Shown here one piece after another: positions 1 through 14,831 of a DNA stretch of 64,000 nucleotides. The notes below the pieces were generated by a model. The model was not told the origin of the DNA. It made no database searches and saw nothing but the letters and a program-made list of their open reading frames with translations. The position numbers and the translations under genes were made by a program. Within the stretch, counting starts at the first letter, position 1, and every line of letters begins with the position of its first letter. Source of the stretch: Eledone cirrhosa (Eukaryota). Where the stretch lies: assembly GCA_964016885.1 (NCBI GenBank), contig OZ024743.1:330522001-330586000 (forward strand), in the 5' to 3' direction.

Positions 1-3000
1 GGTTGTAGCAGCCTCAAGGGGTTACTCGATCGATTCGACCTGGTCGATAGATTTCGACTAGATTGTCCAACTGCGCAACCTGGACCTGGGCAAACCGCAG
101 TGGACAATCTAGATCGTACCTAGATAGGTTTTTGGTTAGGAGTAAGGATAGGGACGTATTTAGTTGTCCAGAATTGATCATGGTTGGCTATTCAGATCAC
201 AAATTAGTGACCTGCGTGGTCAACCTTGATAGAACGCATAGACAGGGTCCCGGTTACTGGAAGATGAACTTGTCCTTGCCGCAAAGAAAGATTACAGGAA
301 CCGGATTAGTAGCTTAGTTAAGATGCGGTTGACGGGAGCGATTGTCAACAGTAGGTGGTGGGTATCTCTAAGAGAGAGATTAGAGTAAGTTCGATAGGTT
401 ACAGTAAGGAACTAGCGGCGAATAGAAATAGGAAGGAAAGGGAGTTAACAGATAAACTAGAAGAGGCGATCAGGAGCGGAGACGTAGCCAGAGTGTTAGC
501 GGCTAGAACGGCGTTGAGCCAGTTCTTTGACGCGAAGCACGAAGGCTGCGTTGTCCAAAGTAAAATACGTGCTTTAGGAAACGAGGGGACCAAAGCTGTT
601 AGCTGGGCCCGCGTGACAGAAGCCAAGAGTGGGATTAATCCACCATTCGGTCTTTGCGAGACCAGGATGGACGGGTGATCCTTGAACCTGAGCGGATGTG
701 CGAGGCCTTTCAAAGGCACTTTGCTCGACTGTTCGGAGGGGGGCGGGGGCCGGACGGGGATGTGGACTTCGGTCCATACCTCGACGGTCTACCGAAGCGG
801 AGTGCTGCGAAAGGCCAATCACAGCCACTGAAATCGGGGAAGCTCTCAGCCAATGCAGCAGACGCAAATCTCCGGGTCTCGATGGTCTACCATACGAACT
901 TTATTTAGCTATGCCGGTCTTGTTCTCCGAACTCCTCGAAGCTGTCTATTGCAACTGGCAACAGAACGGGAGAATTCCCTGTTCTGTGACCAAGGGGCGT
1001 GGTCACGCTAGTGAGGAAGGACGAGAGCAAGGGGGACGACTTAAGTAACTTTAGGCCCATAACTCTGCTGAATGCAGAGTTACAGATTTTGGCCAAGGTG
1101 TTGGCGAAGAGGTTGGCGCTTGTGGTGGGTGGTTTGGTGGGAGACGCGCAGACATGCGCTATCCGTCCAGGTCCATTCACGACAACCTCCACCTCATGCG
1201 ATACATCATAGAGAGGGTTGGCAACGAACCCGGCTTTGGTGGGGCCCTGATCAACTTGGATCAATCTAAGGCGTTCGATAGGGTCGACCATGGTTACCTG
1301 GAAGCGGTGCTAGCGGCGGCGGGCTTCGGACCCGTTTTCAGGGGCTGGATTTCTGCCATGCACAGTGGCAACATCTACTCTAGGATTAAAGTAAACGGCT
1401 ACCTCTCGGAGCCGTTTCAAATCACCCGGTCCATCAGACAGGGGTGCCCCCTCTCCTCCCTTCTGTACGTATTGACTCTCGAGCCACTGCTGCGGAAGTT
1501 GGAGTTGCTGCGGGGCATACCCCTGGAACCGAGATTGCACAAAGCGGTCTCGGCCTATGCCGACGACGTAACAGTAATGGTGGCGGACGCCTCGGAAATC
1601 GGGGCGATCGCCACCCTACTGGAGGAATACGAAAGGCTGACGGGGGCTAGGCTGAACCGGGACAAGTCAGTCGGTTTGCAACTCGGAACGTGGAGGGGCA
1701 AACCGATGCCGTTAGATGGTGTCGTCGGGCGGTGGACGGAGGGCCCGGTGAAGCTGCTCGGGGTCTGGTTCGGACCGGACCTCCAGGTGGAGAAGAATTG
1801 GGGCGAGGTGACGAGCAGGGTGTTTGCGCTGACCCAGAAGTGGGCCAAGTGCAAACTATCACTGAAAGGTCGGGCGGAGGTGACGAACGCTTACATAGCG
1901 TCCGTCATCTGCTACCGCCTGACCGTCGTGCCTTGCCCCAAGGAAAAGCTCACCATCATGGAACGCATGCTCTTCCAGTTCCTCTGGAAGAAGCGGCCTC
2001 CCATGGTGAGGAGATCCATCTGCTGCCAGCACCCTTCGAAAGGAGGGCTGGGTATGCCGTGGCTGTTGATGCGTAGGCACGCATTGAGGCTACGGCATCT
2101 ACAGGTATTCCTCACCGGTCAGCCGGTGTGGGCCCCGTTTGTGAGGCGAGCCTTCCCACAGCTCGTCTCGCTCACCGAGCTGCAATCCTGGGTGAAGCAA
2201 AGACCGAGAAAACTGGGCAACTGGCACACCGAGTGTGCCCAGGCGCTCACGGCTATCTGGCAAGCGGACCCGACTGTCAGTGGAGAATCCACCTCGACAT
2301 TCTATAGAGGGCTGGTGGCTAGCAGGGCGACGACACCCTTGGAGAGTCGCTAGGCATGGAGGAGGACGAACTGGCCAGCCTGTTCGGTAGAACTTTCGGC
2401 CCGGGACCCATGGACAACTTCCAGAGGTCCCTAGCCTGGCAGTGTTACCGGGGGGGCTCTGCCCGTTCGAGAAAAGCTCTACAGACACGGGCGCCCGGGC
2501 AGGGATCCAGCGAAAAAGATCTGTCCCAGATGCGTGCGCGACGAGGAAACCGTTGCACATGCACTGGTACACTGCCCGGGCGTTGCCGATCTGTGGGGCT
2601 ACGTCGAACGACTGCTGTCGCGTGTGGCGCCGATTCGATTAACCGCCGAGTCTGTGGTGAACATCAAGCCGCCTCCTCCCTTCAGAAACGAAGCAGAAGC
2701 GGTCTTTCTGTGCGTAATAGCCATGATGAAAGAGGTTGTGTGGTGGACGCGCCTGAAAGGTCTGAGGTCGGGTGACTTTCTCTCCGGCCATCACCTGGTT
2801 TACTTCTTCCGATACCACTTCGGAAGAAGGATCAGGATGGAGAGAGAAGTGCTTGGCCCCAGACAGTTTTATGAAAGGTGGGTGAAAGAAGCGAGAATGG
2901 CTCGTGTAAATGGGCCTTCTCTCTACATTGTTCTGTAGGTGAAGAAGTGAAGAGGAAAGGGGGAGCGCCTCCTCTCTGGGCTTCCCCTGCGAAAAGGGTT

Positions 3001-3168
3001 GCAGACTTTTCGGGGGTATGTGCAATCCCGAACACGCCCCCTCCCTTTTGAGGACTTTTTATTATTATATTATTATTGTTATTCCTTTTTCTTTACTCGA
3101 TTTATGTAAACTCCCCCACTGTGTATTTGTCCCCTTCTTTTGTGCCCTCGTGGCAAATAAATAGAAAT
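1..3168 (+). mobile_element. E1: L1/Tx1-type non-LTR retrotransposon, 3' part (runs off window start); ORF2 broken by frameshifts
   Basis: ORF fragments 63-2938 carry YLDRF and SDH (APE), QGCPLS and YADD (RT) and ETVAHALVHC. 3'UTR ends with AATAAA at 3156-3161 followed by (TATC)n. Near-identical inverted copy of E2. Confidence 0.95.
1154..2353 (+). pseudogene. E1 ORF2 reverse transcriptase core fragment
   Basis: LDQSKAFDRV, RQGCPLS and AYADD motifs; flanking parts of ORF2 lie in other frames. Confidence 0.9.
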
Positions 3169-3956
3169 TTATCTATCTATCTATCTATATTTCTATCTAC
3201 CTTTGTTTAACTCTATATCCCATCCTCCCTAACACCTTCACTTTTTACTCTCTATCTATCTCAATATATCTGCCTCTATCACTATATATCTCTTCCTCTC
3301 GAGCCCCCCCCTCATCTCTTTGCCTGTCTGTCTCTCCCTCCTCTCTCTCCCTATTTCTCTATCCCTCTTTCACTTTAAATTGGTCTATCTGTCTCTGCTT
3401 TCACACCTCTCCCTCTTTTTCTCTCCCTTTCCTCTCTCCCTTTCTCTCTCTCTCTCTCCTACTCTGTTTATCTATCGAGGTATTTTCCCCTCTTTATCTC
3501 TCTCTCTTTCTCTCTCTCTCGCTCTTTCACTCTCTCTCTCTCTCTCTCTCTCTCAGTCTATCTTTATAGATGGTTTTCAATTTGGCATTTCCTTTTGATC
3601 GTACAACTAATCAACTTTTACTGTTTGCATACACACACACACACACAAACACACACAAACACGCACACAAACACACACAAACATATACGCACGCACGCAC
3701 ACACACATTCAGATACACGGATATACACCCACCCACGCATATAAACACGACAGAGACTCACAGATACACACGTACCTACAGAGAGAAATCCACAAACACC
3801 CGTACACACACATATATACATATTGACACGCAAACATCCACTCATGCATACACACATATCCATACATAGAGATTTACATATATACACACATACATAAACA
3901 CGTCTCTCTCTTTCTCTCTCCCTCACCCTCTTCATATATATATATGTATATTTATG

Positions 3957-3987
<31 letters not shown>

Positions 3988-4204
3988 CTATATATATATA
4001 TATGAAGTAATTCTGTCGGAAAAGTCCCAGGAAAAAAGAGTACTCTATGTAGGTAACAGAGCTTAATAGTTATGTAATAAACAACATAAGGCAATTATTC
4101 CATTTACCAGTGGTTTCTTAAAGGCAAAAAATTTTGCTTTCAATCCTCAGAATGAAAAAATCCTGGTCTGTTTATTGAATTTGGATTTTAAAAACAAAAA
4201 ATCT

Positions 4205-9135
<4,931 letters not shown>

Positions 9136-9168
9136 AGATCTAAAGATGGTTAAATGAGTTCCATGTAG

Positions 9169-9226
9169 TTTATTATGCGCATTTCAAAACAAATATCATC
9201 AAACATTAGTGTTTTCATCAGATAAA
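9169..9226 (-). ncRNA. Minimal type I hammerhead ribozyme motif (family B)
   Basis: Minus strand: TTTAT-CTGATGA-stem II-GAAA-TGCGCA-TA-ATAAA; palindromic stem III ATGCGCAT. Confidence 0.7.
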
Positions 9227-10044
9227 ATAGGAGGACATGATATGAAGGTTAAAAACACTTGTGGATAGTGCAGTTTTAAATCAACATATGAAAAGTAGTT
9301 TTAGATTGATGTGTGATATTGGGGAAAACATTTTTTTTTTTTGAGGGCGTGGGGTGGAAAGGATGAAAAAGAGGAAGAGATGAGAGTAAAAAGTGGAGGG
9401 GAGGAGTATAATGAGGAAGGATGAGATAGGAGGAGAGATGGCTGATAGAGAGAGAGAGATAGCTTTTATAACTGAGAAAAATATATTGTTTTACATAGAG
9501 AGGTTGAAAAACCGTTGGAAGATAATGTATAAATTAAAAGAATTTGAAAATTAACGAAGAGAAAAATAATGTAAAGTTAAGGTTTGTCTATTGAAGGGTT
9601 TAATATGTGCGATGAAAGAATTGTTAATATGTATTAAGAATAATATTTAAGGGTTTAATAATATGTGCGATGGAAAGAAAATGTTAATATGTATTAAGAA
9701 TAATTTTATGGGTTTAATAATATGTGCGATTGATATGTCTTATTAAAAAAAACAGAAGTAATTTAAGTAAGGATATATTGTGAGATGAGCATGAGTAAGT
9801 TAGATGAAAGGGGGAAAATAATAATGAATAGAGGATGAATAATCTAACGTAAAAAAAAATGTTTATGTTTACGAAGGATTTTTCAAGGTGATATAAAGTA
9901 AGAATATAGTGTATTGTGTAATAATTGTTTCTATGTTAGGCACAGTGAGAAAAGGTACAGATTAGGGTTAGAAATTAAAAAAAAAAGAAAGAAAAGGAAA
10001 AGGAAGAAAGGGAAGTGATGTGTACTACAATAAAACTCACCTCC

Positions 10045-10047
<3 letters not shown>

Positions 10048-10106
<59 letters not shown>

Positions 10107-10230
10107 TAGATATTTATATATATAGATAGATATTTATATATATAGATAGATATTTATATATATAGATAGATATATATATATATAGATAGATATTTATATA
10201 TATATATAGATATATATATATATAGATAGA

Positions 10231-10288
<58 letters not shown>

Positions 10289-10333
10289 GATATATATACA
10301 TATATATATATATATATTATAGATATATATACA

Positions 10334-10409
<76 letters not shown>

Positions 10410-10511
10410 TAGATATTTATATATATATATATATATATAGATAGATATTTATATATATATATATATATATATAGATAGATATTTATATATATATATATAT
10501 ATATATATAGA

Positions 10512-10578
<67 letters not shown>

Positions 10579-10613
10579 TAGATAGATATTTATATACATA
10601 TATATATATATAT
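10048..10613. repeat. (TA)n array with recurring GATAGATATTT unit
   Basis: Directly visible. Confidence 0.9.
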
Positions 10614-11060
10614 ATATTGTTATACTTGGGGAGGATCATATTTGTGTAATATTGCCAGAATTAATAACAGAACACACTCACTGTTTGGTTGGTTTTCGCT
10701 TCTCGCTTCTGTGTCTTTTATATCGGTAATCTAACTTACTCGGTCCTCAATATAGACAGACTGAATAAAAATGGCGTAGACATACAATACAACAGGAGGA
10801 AGATATAACACCACTGACGATGTTGCAGATGTGCAACGAAAGATTTATGATAAACTATATATATGTGTTTGTGTCTATATTGTATCTGTATTATTTTTGA
10901 CCGTCGGTCAGTCAATGGCAACATTGAGGACCGAGTAAGTTAGATTACCGATATAAAAGACACAGAAGCGAGAAGCGAAAACCAACCAAACAGTGAGTGT
11001 GTTCTGTTATTAATTCTGGCAATATTACACAAATATGACCCTCCCCAAGTATAACAATAT
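10614..11060. repeat. Inverted repeat, ~138-bp near-identical arms (10614-10751 and 10923-11060)
   Basis: ATTGTTATACTTGGGG...CGGTCCTCAAT is reverse-complemented at 10923-11060. Confidence 0.9.
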
Positions 11061-11397
11061 TTGTTTCGACACACGATTTCATATAAACAACCTCGCAAAA
11101 CTAATATATATAGATATATATATATATATACGGTTATATATATATACATATATATATATATAGATAAATTTCTATTTATTTGCCACGAGGGCACAAAAGA
11201 AGGGGACATTTACACAGTGGGGGAGTTTACATAAATCGAGTAAAGAAAAAGGAATAACAATAATAATATAACAATAAAAAGTCCTCAAAAGGGAGGGGGC
11301 GTGTTGGGGATTGCACATACCCCCGAAAAGTGTGCAACTCTTTTCGCGGGGGAAGCCCAGAGAGGAGGCGCTCCCCCTTTCCTCTTCACTTCTTCAC

Positions 11398-14300
11398 CTA
11401 CAGAACAATGTAGAGAGAAGGCCCATTTACACGGGCCATTCTCGCTTCTTTCACCCACCTTTCATAAAACTGTCTGGGACCAAGCACTTCTCTCTCCATC
11501 CTGATTCTTCTTCCGAAGTGGTATCGGAAGAAGTAAACCAGGTGATGGCCGGAGAGAAAGTCACCCGACCTCAGACCTTTCAGGCGCGTCCACCACACAA
11601 CCTCTTTCATCATGGCTATTACGCACAGAAAGACCGCCTCTGCTTCATTTCTGAAGGGAGGAGGCGGCTTGATGTTCACTACAGACTCGGCGGTTAATCG
11701 AATCGGCGCCACACGCGACAGCAGTCGGTCGACGTAGCCCCACAGATCGGCAACGCCCGGGCAGTGTACCAGTGCATGCGCAACGGTTTCCTCGTCGCGC
11801 ACGCATCTGGGACAGATCTTTTTCGCGGGATCCCTGCCCGGGCGCCCGTGTCTGTAGAGCTTTTCTCGAACGGGCAGAGCCCCCCGGTAACACTGCCAGG
11901 CTAGGGACCTCTGGAAGTTGTCCATGGGTCCCGGGCCGAAAGTTCTACCGAACAGGCTGGCCAGTTCGTCCTCCTCCATGCCTAGCGACTCTCCAAGGGT
12001 GTCGTCGCCCCTGCTAGCCACCAACCCTCTATAGAATGTCGAGGTGGATTCTCCACTGACAGTCGGGTCCGCTTGCCAGATAGCCGTGAGCGCCTGGGCA
12101 CACTCAGTGTGCCAGTTGCCCAGTTTTCTCGGTCTTTGCTTCACCCAGGATTGCAGTTCGGTGAGCGAGACGAGCTGTGGGAAGGCTCGCCTCACAAACG
12201 GGGCCCACACCGGCTGACCGTTGCGGAATACCTGTAGATGCCGTAGCCTCAATGCGTGCCTACGCATCAACAGCCACGGCATACCCAGCCCTCCTTTCGA
12301 AGGGTGCTGGCAGCAGATGGATCTCCTCACCATGGGAGGCCGCTTCTTCCAGAGGAACTGGAAGAGCATGCGTTCCATGATGGTGAGCTTTTCCTTGGGG
12401 CAAGGCACGACGGTCAGGCGGTAGTAGATGACGGACGCTATGTAAGCGTTCGTCACCTCCGCCCGACCTTTCAGTGATAGTTTGCACTTGGCCCACTTCT
12501 GGGTCAGCGCAAACACCCTGCTCGTCACCTCGCCCCAATTCTTCTCCACCTGGAGGTCCGGTCCGAACCAGACCCCGAGCACCTTCACCGGGCCCTCCGT
12601 CCACCGCCCGACGACACCGTCTAACGGCATCGGTTTGCCCCTCCACGTTCCGAGTTGCAAACCGACTGACTTGTCCCGGTTCAGCTTAGCCCCCGTCAGC
12701 CTTTCGTATTCCTCCAGTAGGGTGGCGATCGCCCCGATTTCCGAGGCGTCCGCCACCATTACTGTTACGTCGTCGGCATAGGCCGAGACCGCTTTGTGCA
12801 ATCCCGGTTCCAGGGGTATGCCCCGCAGCAACTCCAACTTCCGCAGCAGTGGCTCGAGAGTCAATACGTACAGAAGGGAGGAGAGGGGGCACCCCTGTCT
12901 GATGGATCGGGTGATTTGAAACGGCTCCGAGAGGTAGCCGTTTACTTTAATCCTAGAGTAGATGTTGCCACTGTGCATGGCAGAAATCCAGCCCCTGAAA
13001 ACGGGTCCGAAGCCCGCCGCCGCTAGCACCGCATCCAGGTAACCATGGTCGACCCTATCGAACGCCTTAGATTGATCCAAGTTGATCAGGGCTCCACCAA
13101 AGCCGGGTTCGTAGCCAACCCTCTCTATGATGTATCGCATGAGGTGGAGGTTGTCGTGAATGGACCTGGACGGGATAGCGCATGTCTGCGCGTCTCCCAC
13201 CAAACCACCCACCACAAGCGCCAACCTCTTCGCCAACACCTTGGCCAAAATCTGTAACTCTGCATTCAGCAGAGTTATGGGCCTAAAGTTACTTAAGTCG
13301 TCCCCCTTGCTCTCGTCCTTCCTCACTAGCGTGACCACGCCCTTGGTCACAGAACAGGGAATTCTCCCGTTCTGTTGCCAGTTGCAATAGACAGCCTCGA
13401 GGAGTTCGGAGAACAAGACCGGCATAGCTAAATAAAGTTCGTATGGTAGACCATCGAGACCCGGGGATTTGCGTCTGCTGCATTGGCTGAGCGCTTCCCC
13501 GATTTCAGTGGCTGTGATTGGCCGTTCGCAGCACTCCGCTTCGCCGCTCGAAAGACGCGGTAGACCGTCGAGGTATGGACCGAAGTCCACATCCCCGTCC
13601 GGCCCCCCGCCACCTCCGAACAGTCGAGCAAAGTGCCTTTGAAAGGTCTCGCACATTCGCTCAGGTTCAAGGATCACCCGTCCATCCTGGTCTCGCAAAG
13701 ACCGAATGGTGGATTTAATCCCACTCTTGGCTTCTGTCACGCGGGCCCAGCTAACAGCTTTGGTCCCCTCGTTTCCTAAAGCACGTATTTTACTTCGGAC
13801 AACGCAGCCTTCGTGCTTCGCGTCAAAGAACTGGCTCAATGCCGTTCTCGTCGCTAACACTCTGGCTACGTCTCCGCTCCTAATCGCCTCTTCTAGTTTA
13901 TCTGTTAACTCCCTTTCCCTCCTATTTCTATTCGCCGCTAGTTCCTTACTGTAACCTATCGAACTTACTCTAATCTCTCTCTTTAGAGATATCCACCACC
14001 TACTGTTGACGATCGCTCCCGTCAACCGCATCTTAACTAAGCTACTAATCCGGTTTCTGTAATCTTTCTTTGTCGGTAAGGACAAGTTCATCTTCCAGTA
14101 ACCGGGACCCTGTCTATGCGTTCTATCAAGGTTGACCACGCAGGTTACTAATTTGTGATCTGAATAGCCAACCATGATCAGTTTTGGACAACTAAATACG
14201 TCCCTATCCTTACTCCTAACCAAAAACCTATCTAGGTACGATCTAGATTGTCCACTGCGGTTTGCCCAGGTCCAGGTTGGCGCAGTTGGACAATCTAGTC

Positions 14301-14826
14301 GAAATCTATCGACCAGGTCGAATCGATCGAGTAACCCCTTGAGGCTGCTACACCCCCCTCTATCGGGACATGCCCCTGCATAGTCCCAACGCGCATCTAG
14401 GATTCCATTCCAGTCCCCCACTAAAAGCAGGGAACGCGACGTTCCTAGAAAAGTCTCCAGACGTTGGAAGAAGTCGGCTCTCTCCGCCCCGAAGGGAGCA
14501 TAAAGACCGACCAGTCTGAAAGCCCCGCCTTCACCACCTCCGACGTCCAGCACCAGTAATCGACCCCCCGGGTCCGAGTGAACAATCTGTACGTCGAGAG
14601 TCAGACGTTTATCCAGCAGTACGGCAACTCCCCCCCCGCCTCCGGGTTGACAGAGAGATGCGTGCATCTCAAAGTCATCGAAGGCGGGCGCCAGCTGTCT
14701 CACGCTGCTGATCCGACTCTCGCAAACAACCATCACATCTATACTTTGTGACCTGAGGTCACTTAGAAGCTTTGCTTGCTTCCAAGCTGAGCTCAGGCCA
14801 CGCGCGTTCAAACAGCCAACTCTCAA
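11398..14826 (-). CDS. E2 ORF2: APE endonuclease / reverse transcriptase / C-terminal zinc finger (~1142 aa)
   Basis: NARGL, GDWN, YLDRF, SDH; QGCPLS, YADD; CPRC...HALVHC. No ATG at the start: the aligned start codon is ATA at 14835-14833. Confidence 0.95.
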   Translation of the reverse strand: MRVGCLNARGLSSAWKQAKLLSDLRSQSIDVMVVCESRISSVRQLAPAFDDFEMHASLCQPGGGGGVAVLLDKRLTLDVQIVHSDPGGRLLVLDVGGGEGGAFRLVGLYAPFGAERADFFQRLETFLGTSRSLLLVGDWNGILDARWDYAGACPDRGGCSSLKGLLDRFDLVDRFRLDCPTAPTWTWANRSGQSRSYLDRFLVRSKDRDVFSCPKLIMVGYSDHKLVTCVVNLDRTHRQGPGYWKMNLSLPTKKDYRNRISSLVKMRLTGAIVNSRWWISLKREIRVSSIGYSKELAANRNRRERELTDKLEEAIRSGDVARVLATRTALSQFFDAKHEGCVVRSKIRALGNEGTKAVSWARVTEAKSGIKSTIRSLRDQDGRVILEPERMCETFQRHFARLFGGGGGPDGDVDFGPYLDGLPRLSSGEAECCERPITATEIGEALSQCSRRKSPGLDGLPYELYLAMPVLFSELLEAVYCNWQQNGRIPCSVTKGVVTLVRKDESKGDDLSNFRPITLLNAELQILAKVLAKRLALVVGGLVGDAQTCAIPSRSIHDNLHLMRYIIERVGYEPGFGGALINLDQSKAFDRVDHGYLDAVLAAAGFGPVFRGWISAMHSGNIYSRIKVNGYLSEPFQITRSIRQGCPLSSLLYVLTLEPLLRKLELLRGIPLEPGLHKAVSAYADDVTVMVADASEIGAIATLLEEYERLTGAKLNRDKSVGLQLGTWRGKPMPLDGVVGRWTEGPVKVLGVWFGPDLQVEKNWGEVTSRVFALTQKWAKCKLSLKGRAEVTNAYIASVIYYRLTVVPCPKEKLTIMERMLFQFLWKKRPPMVRRSICCQHPSKGGLGMPWLLMRRHALRLRHLQVFRNGQPVWAPFVRRAFPQLVSLTELQSWVKQRPRKLGNWHTECAQALTAIWQADPTVSGESTSTFYRGLVASRGDDTLGESLGMEEDELASLFGRTFGPGPMDNFQRSLAWQCYRGALPVREKLYRHGRPGRDPAKKICPRCVRDEETVAHALVHCPGVADLWGYVDRLLSRVAPIRLTAESVVNIKPPPPFRNEAEAVFLCVIAMMKEVVWWTRLKGLRSGDFLSGHHLVYFFRYHFGRRIRMEREVLGPRQFYERWVKEARMARVNGPSLYIVL

Positions 14827-14831
14827 TTGAT

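Noticed and set aside
12260-12781. Overlapping and antisense ORFs recurring in every element copy
   Set aside because: By-products of GC-rich RT coding sequence shared by descent; no independent motifs.
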